Source: Armatimonadia bacterium
GTDB taxonomy: Bacteria; Armatimonadota; Zipacnadia; Zipacnadales; UBA11051
Assembly (NCBI GenBank): GCA_039683575.1
Contig: JBDKRC010000348.1
Location: forward strand, 1 to 46,095
Direction of reading: 5' to 3'
DNA: 46,095 nt
The position numbers and the translations under genes were made by a program. The number at the start of each line of letters is the position of its first letter. The first letter of the stretch is position 1. Below the pieces are notes generated by a model. It was not told where the DNA came from and ran no database searches. It saw only the letters and a list, made by a program, of their open reading frames with translations. Positions 18,603 through 27,901 of this stretch are shown here, piece by piece.

Positions 18603-20999
18603 ATGTCTGACCGTTACGGCATGCATGATCCGGATGTTATCGACCAGCCGGGGAAGCCATTCAGCTACTTCGCCAACCCCAACGACATCCTGGGGGCCTT
18701 CGGGGCGCCGGTGGCCAGCGAAGTTACGCCCGAAGGGTATGTTTTCACCGGCTTCGGGGAACTGATGTTCTTCGTCGGCAGTCCGCCCCGGCCGACCTGG
18801 CAGCGCCACAGGACCCTCTTCCGGGGGTGTCTGCCGGCAGTCGAGTACGACGTCGAGGACTGCGGTGTCCGATATGACTTCCAACTGTTCGCGGCCGATC
18901 TCGGGGACGGACTGGCGGGGCTTCCCGTCAACTTCATCAGGGTCACCGTCACCAACACCACCGCTGAGCCCCGAGCGGCGTTCTTCTCAACTGGCGTCCG
19001 CTTCCGGGGACCGGTCAACACCGCCAACAGGGGTGTGGCGGACTTCCGCTTCGCCCAGCGCCTCGACAACATCCCGGAAGAGCTGGTCGCAGGGCAGACC
19101 GAGTTCAACCCGCAGTGGAAGTACCAATTCGCCAGTGACGCCCTGATCCGTGATGGAAGGCTTATCCACACCTGCCCGCTGGACCCGGCCCCTGTCGCGC
19201 AGTCTCTCGCCCTGAGGGACAGTGGACTGCGCATGGTACGCTACTTCTCGGGCGAGGTCACAGGCAACCCCGATCCCGTCCACAGCTTCGGTCCTCAGAC
19301 GCCACTGGGCATCATCACGTACTGCCTCCAGTTGGCCCCTGGAGAGAGCCGGCGCTTGGTGTACAAAATGCCAATTGTACCCCTGCCGGAGGGTTCCCCG
19401 GAAGCTCAGCAGGTGCGGGAGGCGGACTATGACGCCGTCTTTGCTGCAACGATGGACTTCTGGGAGAAGATGGTGGTCGAGAGGGTGCCGCTGCGGTTCC
19501 CCGAGCGGAAGGTGCAGGAGTACCTCGTGGCCGGGACCATCGCTAACCTTCTGGCCATAGACCACATCGGCGAGGACACCGTTGCCAATGTGAACAAGTT
19601 CCACTACCACGACTGGTACGGTGGCAGCGACCCTACCCACATGCTGCGAGCGATAGACTACATGGGCCTTCTGGACGTGGCACGAGAGGGCTTCCTGTTC
19701 TGGCGGAAGATGCAGTTCCCCGATGGCAGCTTTCGCATGCACCGTCACCCCGACGTCGGGTACTGGGAGCTGTTTGGGTGGAATCTCTGGGGCTGGGCCG
19801 AACACTACCGCTTCACCCGCGATAGGGGCTTCCTGGAGACTATCTACCCGGGCGTGGTGGAAGCCTGCGCCTGGGAGGAGCGAATGACGGCCGCCGACCC
19901 CCACGGGCTGTGGCCGATAGCGACCATCGGCGACGATGCCTTCCTCAAGGACTGCCGCCAGACTGGCCAGCAGTTCTGGACGCTGGTAGGCTTGAAGTGC
20001 GCGGCCTTCCTGGCTGGCGAGATGGGCAGGCCTGAGGATGCCGCGCACTGGGTGGCGGAACACGACCGCTTCCGCTCGGCGTTTGACCCGCTGCTGGCGG
20101 CCCAGACTGCTCAGACCGGCGGCTACATTCCACCCGCCCTTGAGCGTACGACGGACGGCAATGACTGGGACAACCTGCTGACGCTCTACCCCGAGGTGCT
20201 GTTTGATCCCTTCGCCCCCCGAGTGGAGGCAACCCTGCGTCACGTCCGGGAGGAGTACGAAGAGGGGATTCTGCGCTACGTGTGGCCCTCGGCAGTGAGC
20301 CAGGAAGGGGATTCGTTCACCTTCAGCGAGCAACCGCTGATGCACTATTGGCAAACACCCAACAATACCCAGACTTCGCTGGTGCGTGGCACGGCCTGGG
20401 ACCAGGAGTGGGCGGTAAAGGAGCTATATGCGCTGCTGCTGCACACGAGTTCGACTCACCTTCCGGGCGAGTTCGGCACGATCCCCTGGAGCACCCGCGA
20501 GTGCAGCAACTGCTTCAACCTCCTGCCACAGGGCGTGACCATCGCCAAGACCATCGAAGTCTTGCGCAACATGCTCGTGCGCGAGCAGGGCGATGAGCTC
20601 TACCTCTTCTCGACCGTGTCGCCCGCCTGGGTACGGCCAGGGGAGCGCATCGAGGTCCGGGGGGAACCGTCGGCCTTCGGGCCGCTGAACATCACTCTGA
20701 AGGCCGAGGAGGGGCGGCTGGTGATCGACCTGCCGACGGAGTTCCGCAATCCGCCTGACCGCCTGTGGGTGAGGGTTCCGTGGTTCTACGAGGTAGAGGA
20801 CGCGACGCTGGATGGGGTGGACGTGACGCCAGAGAGTGGCCAGGTGCTCATCCCGCCCGGGGCCCGGCAACTCGTGTTGCGCGGCTCCATCCGCCCCGAC
20901 GCAGGTGTCGGAAGCTACGAGCAGGCCGTCGCAGACTACCAGGACGAGTACCGACGACGCTGGGAGCACTTCCGGCGGACGGGGGAGCGACTGCCTTGA
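18603..20999 (+). CDS. Hypothetical protein, probable (alpha/alpha)6 six-hairpin glycosidase fold
   Basis: 798 aa, no signal peptide. Helical core LWGWAEHYRFTRDRGFLETIYP...FWTLVGLK and C-terminal LYLFSTVSPAW...PSAFG, as in inverting six-hairpin GHs. Confidence 0.65.
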   Translation: MSDRYGMHDPDVIDQPGKPFSYFANPNDILGAFGAPVASEVTPEGYVFTGFGELMFFVGSPPRPTWQRHRTLFRGCLPAVEYDVEDCGVRYDFQLFAADLGDGLAGLPVNFIRVTVTNTTAEPRAAFFSTGVRFRGPVNTANRGVADFRFAQRLDNIPEELVAGQTEFNPQWKYQFASDALIRDGRLIHTCPLDPAPVAQSLALRDSGLRMVRYFSGEVTGNPDPVHSFGPQTPLGIITYCLQLAPGESRRLVYKMPIVPLPEGSPEAQQVREADYDAVFAATMDFWEKMVVERVPLRFPERKVQEYLVAGTIANLLAIDHIGEDTVANVNKFHYHDWYGGSDPTHMLRAIDYMGLLDVAREGFLFWRKMQFPDGSFRMHRHPDVGYWELFGWNLWGWAEHYRFTRDRGFLETIYPGVVEACAWEERMTAADPHGLWPIATIGDDAFLKDCRQTGQQFWTLVGLKCAAFLAGEMGRPEDAAHWVAEHDRFRSAFDPLLAAQTAQTGGYIPPALERTTDGNDWDNLLTLYPEVLFDPFAPRVEATLRHVREEYEEGILRYVWPSAVSQEGDSFTFSEQPLMHYWQTPNNTQTSLVRGTAWDQEWAVKELYALLLHTSSTHLPGEFGTIPWSTRECSNCFNLLPQGVTIAKTIEVLRNMLVREQGDELYLFSTVSPAWVRPGERIEVRGEPSAFGPLNITLKAEEGRLVIDLPTEFRNPPDRLWVRVPWFYEVEDATLDGVDVTPESGQVLIPPGARQLVLRGSIRPDAGVGSYEQAVADYQDEYRRRWEHFRRTGERLP

Positions 21000-21011
21000 G
21001 CTGTCCTCAAA

Positions 21012-21045
21012 GCGGCCCCCAGTGCGGGAAAGCACTGGGGGCCGC
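21012..21045. terminator. Hairpin between convergent genes (putative bidirectional terminator)
   Basis: Perfect 14-bp stem GCGGCCCCCAGTGC-gggaaa-GCACTGGGGGCCGC. No strong U-tract. Confidence 0.65.
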
Positions 21046-21059
21046 CTGAGTGAAGCACG

Positions 21060-24000
21060 CTAGAGCGCCGCGATCTCCCGCAGCCACAGGATGTTCGGCC
21101 GGGCTGCGTTCCCCCCGCCTGCGGGCTGCAGCAACCGCAAGCGGGTCGTCTTGATGGGCGTGAAGCTGTGGACCGACAGGTCCCGCTGGCTCTGGCCCGT
21201 CACCGTCGCCACGTCTCGCCAGGCGCCGTCCACAAAGGCCTGCAGCGAGTAACGCTGGGAGGTCCAGGTATTGCCCACGTCAATGGCCCAGTAGATCAGC
21301 ACGGTCTTCAGGGTGACCTCGCGGGGGAAAGCCAACTCTACCCAGTGCTCGCCTTTGGTGTCCGCCGAAGCCCACGCGGCCTTGTCCCAGGCGACACCCT
21401 CCGTCTCAGTGACGCCGTCGATCAGGGGCGCGCTCGTGTAGCCACTGAAAGTGCTGTCGGTCGTCACTTTGACGCCGGGCAGCAAGGCCTGGTCCGGATC
21501 GGCTTCAGCCAGGAAGACATCATCGAACCACACCGTGCCGGGCTGGCCGCGGTACAGCAGGTAGACGGTAGCATCCTTGACCGGCTTGCTCACGTTGATG
21601 ATCTTCTCAGAGAACTGCCACCCCTCGGCGGCCTGGTCGAAGGTGGCGACCTGGCCGTAAAGCGCACCGCCGCCCACGTAGTGCAGGTCGACATAGAGCG
21701 AGTAGCTGGCTGAGCGGCGCGCAGCCGCCGGGGCCTGTTCGGTCTGGCCGATTGTCATGACTTCCTGGGCCCGTTCGTGCAGGCTCCACCCTCGCACCAC
21801 CAGCGGCCGGGCGACTTGCTGGTTCAGTTCGATCCGCTGCAGGGCTCCACCGTCGGGGCCGTTCACTCGGACGGACTGCTTACCGCCATGCGTGACCTTC
21901 CCCTCGAGAGCGTAGCCATTCTTGCCGGCAGCGCCCCAGCCGGTGGCAGTCGTGCCCTGACTTTCCTCAAAGCCGGCGTTCCTAAGCAGGTTGGCCTCGG
22001 CCGGCAGGTAGAGTTGAGCCTGCTGGTGGGTCTGCTCGCCCCCCTCCCACGACACTTTGACCGTGGTCTCCCGCCAGCCGCTCTGCACGCTTCCGCCAGC
22101 AGTCAGCGTGATCGGCAGCTTCAGTTCCGCGCCGGGCTTGATTTCGCTTGTCTGGTCGGCCACCGAGGGGGTGAAGCCCTGGGCTGGCGAGACGGTTACC
22201 CGTACCGAGAGTGGCTTCTCGCGCCGCATGTTGCGGGCGGTGAGGAGGAAGCGCTGCACGCGGCCGGTCTCGTCCTGGCCTTGGTCAGTCAGTGAGGTCT
22301 CGCAGGGCGAGACGATCTTGTAGGAGGCGTCGCGCTCGAGGGTCAGAACACTGCCTTTGGCAATCTCGGCGCGAGCGATGGCTTTGACGCGACCGCCGGC
22401 CCCGACTGGCCCCGAGGAAGCGAGGTCAAACTTGAGGGTCCGGCTCTCACCCGCCTGCAGCGAGAACGGGGTGGAACCGCGGCCGACGACCGAACCCGAC
22501 TCCCCCTCCAGAGAGACCGATACCTGTTTGAGGGGCGCTACGCCGGCCTGGACCTGCACCACGAACTGCGGCGTCTCGCCCAGGGCGACCTGTCCGCCGC
22601 CGGTGAGCGCCAGTTGCCAGGCGGCGAGTATGCCACCAGCGCGGCGGAGCCGGCCTGCACTCACGTCCAGAGCCGCGGCGATGCTGGTGTACTCCGGTGT
22701 CTCCTGGCGCAAGCTCTGGGCCTGTCTGGCAAGCGCCGTCGCCAGGTCCAGGGCCTGCGCGCAGAGCGCAACGCTGTCTGTGGCCCGGGTGGCGGAGGCG
22801 GCAAGCCTCTGCAACTGATCGCCACGCTGCTTGAGGTCCGTCGCCACTCGCGCAGCCGACGCGGGCGGCATCGCCGGAGGCACTGGCAGGAGCGTGACTT
22901 GCTGTCCATTGTCACCTGCTGAGACCACTGCGGGATCATCAAACCAGACAGTCCCCGAGCCGTCTCCCTGGTGGGTGCCGACCAGTGCCAGCATCACCGT
23001 GGCGGCGTTCGCCGGGGCGGTCGCCTCGAGTTCGAGTTGCTTCCAGTCGCTTGTGGCGGCCAGTGAAGGGCTGTTCAGCGTCTCCCCGTCCTTGCCCGCC
23101 TTGTCCTTCCAGCGCACGTAGAAGCTCAATGACCCTGGAGTGGGGAAGTCTGCTTTGCCCCATACAGAGAAACGGTACTTGACGCCCGCCTGGACCGGGA
23201 GGTGCGTAGACTGGACCGCCCGCGCCTTGCCCGTGAGCACCACCTTCGTAGCCCTCGGCGCCGAGTGGAAGCCCTGACGCTCCGAACTGAAGGCCACCTC
23301 ACCCTCGTTGTAGGGAGTGAAACCCACAGGTGTGCCGGTGTCGGTCGGGTCGGCTTCGAAGTCGGTGGCGGCGCTCCTGTCTAGCTTGTCCCGCAGGCGG
23401 CTTGTCGCAATCTGCCCATAGCGCTCTGCTTCGGAGAGGTCAAAGCTCGCCAGTTGCTGCCGCTGCGGCGCAAAGGCGAGCACCGCCGAGCGGCGCGGCG
23501 CGAGCGTGAGGCGCAGGCGAACACCCCCCTCGGGACGGGGCGTCGCTGGCACTACGGTGCCATCAACGAGGTTGACGGCACAGGCGAGCCCGTTCGGCAA
23601 TGAGCCCCTGTCAACGTCCAGATCGAAGGTCAAAGGGGCTCCCTCACGAGCGGGATTGTACGCTACGAGATGCATGTCAGCCTTGCCGAAGCGCTCGACA
23701 ACGATGCTCGGATCGCTGGCCCGGGCGTTGGTGACCGGCTCCCAGCCTGCCAGCGCCAGACGTTTGACCAGCGGCAGGTACTCTACGAAGATCGAGCGAT
23801 ACTTGTTGTACCAGTCGGGGCGCTCCCAGAAGTTGTAGTAGAAGCTGGGGTCCGTGTTGCTGAAGATCATGAACAGGCTGGGTTCGGCCGCATACGGCAG
23901 GCAGGCGTTCATGTAGTCCACTAGGTACGGAGACAGGTCGCGGTCAAAGCGTTCCTCGAGGCGGGGCTTGTAGAGCAGCACGAGCGGTTTGTGGTACATC

Positions 24001-25589
24001 AGAGCCCGCGCATAGGCGAGGTAGCTGCCGGATACCGGTTCCTTCTCGATGGACGGCTCCTGCTCGGAACCACCGAGGTCGAGATAGTACAGTGAGAAGG
24101 GGAACTGTGAGGGTATGCCGTTGGCCATCGTCAGGCGCTTGCTCGCCCACATCTTCTCGGCCACGCGCTTGACGAACTTGTACGAAGTAAAGGCCCCGCA
24201 GAGAATTGGCCGCCGGGTGTCCTTTGAGAACGTCAGGGGCGCCTCAGCAAACTGGAATTGCTCGGTGGCGTAGTTGTCCAGCGGCCGCTCATCCACCCCA
24301 TCAAAGTAGAACCCGTCCAGAAAGGCCCCTGGCTTGCTGTAAGCAGCCACGGCCCGGTCTACTGCCTCCATCGTCTCTGAGCCGGTGGTCGGCCCTTTGC
24401 TGGCTTGGGCGAGGTCCGGGTCGGCATTCGCCGCGTACATGGCGTACCAGCCCAGGTAGCCGGTCTTGTGCGGCGCCCAATGCGCCTGCCCGATCGTGTA
24501 TTGGTATCCCCCCTGCCCGTTCTTCGCGGCACAGTTGACGATGGTCTCCGCCGCTTTGCGCGTCGCCGGGTTGTCGGATTTCAGATCCTCGGCGAGCTTC
24601 TGCTCCACGAATTCGGGCGTGGGACGCTCCTGACGCTCGGGCATCCACAACATGGCCCAGTGCGGCGAGATGTACCTGAAGCTGTCGGCGCCGTGGGCCT
24701 CGTCCCAGGCGATATTCGGGGCCCCCTCCTGGAAAGCGAAGTTGAAGTCCTCGGGGTCCTGCACCTTGGCGATGTCCGTGAAGGGCATCCAGAGGCCTTC
24801 TTTGTCGGCACGGCGGACAAAGGCATCGGGAAAGAGGGCATAGTAGCCTGCAGTGGCGGAACGGAACCCCCAGCCCGGATCGGCGGTATAAATGACCAGC
24901 GAGAAGTCAGCGCGCGAGGGGAAGGCCTTGGTGAGGGGGCTGAGACCGAAGTCGAAGTCGAGGGTAAAGCTCCTGGACTGGCCGTCGTACGCGATACGAT
25001 GCACTACAAAGTGGTTCATGGGCACGCCAAGGCACAGTTCGCCGGGGGCGGCAGAAATCGCGCCCCAGGGGAAGGCGGAAGTACTGCCGGTGGCGCCGAC
25101 ACCGGTGCTGTGCAGGTTGGCGTAGGTGCCGTCAGCGATGGCCTCGTGCTTCAGCAGGTCCTGCCACCAGACCCCGCCGACTGCGTCCACGGGCAACGCG
25201 AAGCGGACGGTGATGGCTCGATCCTGCGCGGAAAGGTCGTGAATGAAGCCCTTCACCTCAATCGCACCGGGCAGGGAGCGGTAGGTGGTTTCGAACTCCA
25301 GCTTGAGCGCAGCGCTCGTACCACGTTGCTTGACCGCTCCCGCCTCAGAGACCAGCGATCCGCCGGCCGGCACGAATTGGCCGTCAGCGGCCACGTCGCG
25401 GAGGAGCAGGCCGGATGGTGCCTGTTTGGCCAGAGGCCACGGCTTCTCGTCGACAACGACGCTGCTAACGCTGCCGTCCTGGCCCAGGGCAAGCCTCAGC
25501 CCGCCGGAGGTCACAACCTGTTGCGCCTGTACAGGCAGCAAAGACAGGGCCAACAGCCCGCACCCTAATAGAAAGCTTCGCGTGATCAT
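21060..25589 (-). CDS. Large secreted multi-domain carbohydrate-active protein (unassigned catalytic barrel, two CBM4/9-like modules, Ig-like domains, C-terminal F5/8-C/CBM32-like domain)
   Basis: Signal peptide; LDGFYFDGVD core; YRFSVWGK...WKQLELEATAP...VWFDD; NLLRNAGFEE...VWFDDVFL; EHWVELAF...TTRLRL...LREI. 1509 aa. Confidence 0.75.
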   Translation of the reverse strand: MITRSFLLGCGLLALSLLPVQAQQVVTSGGLRLALGQDGSVSSVVVDEKPWPLAKQAPSGLLLRDVAADGQFVPAGGSLVSEAGAVKQRGTSAALKLEFETTYRSLPGAIEVKGFIHDLSAQDRAITVRFALPVDAVGGVWWQDLLKHEAIADGTYANLHSTGVGATGSTSAFPWGAISAAPGELCLGVPMNHFVVHRIAYDGQSRSFTLDFDFGLSPLTKAFPSRADFSLVIYTADPGWGFRSATAGYYALFPDAFVRRADKEGLWMPFTDIAKVQDPEDFNFAFQEGAPNIAWDEAHGADSFRYISPHWAMLWMPERQERPTPEFVEQKLAEDLKSDNPATRKAAETIVNCAAKNGQGGYQYTIGQAHWAPHKTGYLGWYAMYAANADPDLAQASKGPTTGSETMEAVDRAVAAYSKPGAFLDGFYFDGVDERPLDNYATEQFQFAEAPLTFSKDTRRPILCGAFTSYKFVKRVAEKMWASKRLTMANGIPSQFPFSLYYLDLGGSEQEPSIEKEPVSGSYLAYARALMYHKPLVLLYKPRLEERFDRDLSPYLVDYMNACLPYAAEPSLFMIFSNTDPSFYYNFWERPDWYNKYRSIFVEYLPLVKRLALAGWEPVTNARASDPSIVVERFGKADMHLVAYNPAREGAPLTFDLDVDRGSLPNGLACAVNLVDGTVVPATPRPEGGVRLRLTLAPRRSAVLAFAPQRQQLASFDLSEAERYGQIATSRLRDKLDRSAATDFEADPTDTGTPVGFTPYNEGEVAFSSERQGFHSAPRATKVVLTGKARAVQSTHLPVQAGVKYRFSVWGKADFPTPGSLSFYVRWKDKAGKDGETLNSPSLAATSDWKQLELEATAPANAATVMLALVGTHQGDGSGTVWFDDPAVVSAGDNGQQVTLLPVPPAMPPASAARVATDLKQRGDQLQRLAASATRATDSVALCAQALDLATALARQAQSLRQETPEYTSIAAALDVSAGRLRRAGGILAAWQLALTGGGQVALGETPQFVVQVQAGVAPLKQVSVSLEGESGSVVGRGSTPFSLQAGESRTLKFDLASSGPVGAGGRVKAIARAEIAKGSVLTLERDASYKIVSPCETSLTDQGQDETGRVQRFLLTARNMRREKPLSVRVTVSPAQGFTPSVADQTSEIKPGAELKLPITLTAGGSVQSGWRETTVKVSWEGGEQTHQQAQLYLPAEANLLRNAGFEESQGTTATGWGAAGKNGYALEGKVTHGGKQSVRVNGPDGGALQRIELNQQVARPLVVRGWSLHERAQEVMTIGQTEQAPAAARRSASYSLYVDLHYVGGGALYGQVATFDQAAEGWQFSEKIINVSKPVKDATVYLLYRGQPGTVWFDDVFLAEADPDQALLPGVKVTTDSTFSGYTSAPLIDGVTETEGVAWDKAAWASADTKGEHWVELAFPREVTLKTVLIYWAIDVGNTWTSQRYSLQAFVDGAWRDVATVTGQSQRDLSVHSFTPIKTTRLRLLQPAGGGNAARPNILWLREIAAL

Positions 25590-25733
25590 GAGTCCACATC
25601 TTCCTCTCGTAGCACCTGAACTGCTGGAAACTCGGCTGGGGTGTCGCTCGCGACCTTGCAGACGACGCGTGCGGTCCTCATGGGAGGCTCCTCATCCAGG
25701 CATGATTGACTTCCCCTCATCGTCTCGTTCCGG

Positions 25734-26753
25734 CTAAGCGAAGAAGATGCCGGTCTTCAGGCTGGTGCCTTCGGTCACGCTACGCCAAGCCGCTTCCCAC
25801 TCGTTCAGGCCGAAGCGCCCAGTCACAAAGGGGGCGGGATCAAAGCGGCCACTGCGAATCATGTCCAACGCGGCCTCGTGGGCGGTGGCTTCAGCGGGAT
25901 CAATCCTCAGGAAGGAGTGCTTCGCCGCCAGGCCACTGTAGAAGCCTTGTTGCGCCATTCCTTCGTATACGGCGTAGCTATACACTGTGCCACCCTCAGC
26001 GAGGGCTGTATCTGCCAGCGCCTCCATCACCGCCATGCTGCCGGTGGTGTCTACGAGGCCGTCGTACTGTTCGAGCTTTCCGGCGGTGTCGGACAGCAGC
26101 ATCGTATCATCGGCACAGCCATGCTGTAGCGCGAACGCCAGCGGCGCCTCGCGCCGGGCGACCATGGTTACCTGTGAGGCGCCGCGCCACCGCAGGAACA
26201 GTCCAAAGAGACAGCCGGTGATGCCTGCTCCGGCCACGACGAAGCGCTTGCCGGCGACCTCCTCGATCTTGGCTGCCGCAGAGTGGATCTCTTTCTGCGT
26301 GATCAGCAATAGCGACTTCTCGAAGGGAATGTCCTGGGGCACCAAGGCCTGGTAACGGAAACCAAGCGGCACTTCTTCCTCCTTCATCACCCCATCATCC
26401 ACCATCGCCTGCACATCGCGGACCTTGCCGAACTCCGCAAAGCCGCCCCAGCCCGATCCGATGCCCTCGACGACCTCGCCCGGGTAGAGGGCCTGAGGCC
26501 GCAGCACGCGATCGCCGCAGGAACGATGCCGTGCCCGGGCACCCGTCTCCACGATCACACCGAGGCTCTCGTGCCCGATGATGCTGGGGTTGTGCAAGGG
26601 CCCCATAACCTTGCCGGACACGAGGTGCCGGTCCGTGCTGTGGCAGAACAGACAGGCCTCGATCTGCACGAGGCAGTCGTAGTCTGTGAGTGTAGGCCGC
26701 GAGATGTCTTGCAGCCATAGTCTGCCGTTGTTATCCGTCAACAGAGCTTTCAT
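25734..26753 (-). CDS. Zinc-dependent alcohol/sugar dehydrogenase (MDR family)
   Basis: C-x-x-x-D (FCHSTD), GHE catalytic Zn motif and GAGITG Rossmann motif. Confidence 0.85.
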   Translation of the reverse strand: MKALLTDNNGRLWLQDISRPTLTDYDCLVQIEACLFCHSTDRHLVSGKVMGPLHNPSIIGHESLGVIVETGARARHRSCGDRVLRPQALYPGEVVEGIGSGWGGFAEFGKVRDVQAMVDDGVMKEEEVPLGFRYQALVPQDIPFEKSLLLITQKEIHSAAAKIEEVAGKRFVVAGAGITGCLFGLFLRWRGASQVTMVARREAPLAFALQHGCADDTMLLSDTAGKLEQYDGLVDTTGSMAVMEALADTALAEGGTVYSYAVYEGMAQQGFYSGLAAKHSFLRIDPAEATAHEAALDMIRSGRFDPAPFVTGRFGLNEWEAAWRSVTEGTSLKTGIFFA

Positions 26754-26939
26754 GTTGTCCTCCAGTCAAATAGTCTACTGTGTAGGGCTGTCTCCTAAGG
26801 CGGGCAGCACTGGCGTATCTGGCGGCTCGCTGAGTCGGGACCGAGTGGCCCGGGCGTCCGGCGGCGAAGATGCCGGTCAGCGGCGGCGGTGAGGCCCTCG
26901 ACCTTCCTCTCGTGGTTCACGGCAGCGGTCTCCAGCCCG

Positions 26940-27824
26940 CTACTCCCAGTCGATCACCGGCAGTAGCGACTTGGGTATGCACACCCGCGCGCCCTTCAGC
27001 GGGTCCACGATCTGGTTCACGCGCAGGTCGCACAGCATGCCTTCCAGCATCATCGCCTCGGCATCATCCACACCGAGCTGGTCCCTCAGCAGATCGCGCG
27101 CCGCTGCCACCGCCAGATCGGCGGCTTCGTCAAGGGTCGATGCCGCCGTCAGCACCGCGAAATGGCCCGTCTGCTCCACCACCGGCCACGGCGAGACGAT
27201 GCGCGGCAGCAGGTCCAGCCGCACGAGCACCTCTCCGGCCACCTCGATCCCCATCCCGGACACCTCGCCATCAGCCTGCAGGGCGTGGATGTCACCACAG
27301 CCAAACAGGGCTCCGGGGACGGTCACCGGCAGGTAGACGGTGGCACCGGGCTTGATGTCGGCGCAGTCCAGATTGCCGCCATGCCGACCGGGAGTGGTAT
27401 TGGGGATCGCACCAGTCGGCGGGGCGACACCGATTACGCCGATCATGGGGTCGAGCGGAAAGCTCATCCCCGGCGCGAAGCCCACCTGCGCTCCGTCAAT
27501 CTCGGGGATGCGCACCGAGAGCAGGCCGGTACTGCGCTCCGTTGACCAGATCAGCCCACGCTCGGCGCAGGAGACCTGGATGATCTCGGCGGCCAGCGTC
27601 ATCCCGGGCAATGCTCCCTCCACCGCTACCGGCCCGGTGGCGGGATTGCCCCGTGCCGGGTCGTGCAAGCGGAACCCATCGCCATCGGGTACGAGCGGGA
27701 TGAGGTTGTCCATGCAGTCGTGACACTGCAGCAATACCTCATCCCCCGGCGCCACAGTGAGCGCGGGCCCATGCCGGCGGGAGAAGCTGTAGGTAAGATG
27801 GTCACTGCTGACGATATGGCGCAC
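26940..27824 (-). CDS. Acetamidase/formamidase family protein
   Basis: NPATGPVAVEGA, PMIGVIGVAP, HGGNLD and GDIHALQADGEVSG motifs. Confidence 0.9.
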   Translation of the reverse strand: MRHIVSSDHLTYSFSRRHGPALTVAPGDEVLLQCHDCMDNLIPLVPDGDGFRLHDPARGNPATGPVAVEGALPGMTLAAEIIQVSCAERGLIWSTERSTGLLSVRIPEIDGAQVGFAPGMSFPLDPMIGVIGVAPPTGAIPNTTPGRHGGNLDCADIKPGATVYLPVTVPGALFGCGDIHALQADGEVSGMGIEVAGEVLVRLDLLPRIVSPWPVVEQTGHFAVLTAASTLDEAADLAVAAARDLLRDQLGVDDAEAMMLEGMLCDLRVNQIVDPLKGARVCIPKSLLPVIDWE

Positions 27825-27901
27825 AGGCGTCCCTCCTGAGGGCTACAGGGCATATTCCACCGTGGGGCCTCCCCGGCCGCACAAGGCCCGGAGACTCCTC
27901 A

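Noticed and set aside
25600-26913. Shared 11-mer CTTCCTCTCGT at 25600 and 26903
   Set aside because: RBS-like purine tract on the minus strand; too short, and no ORF follows the second copy.
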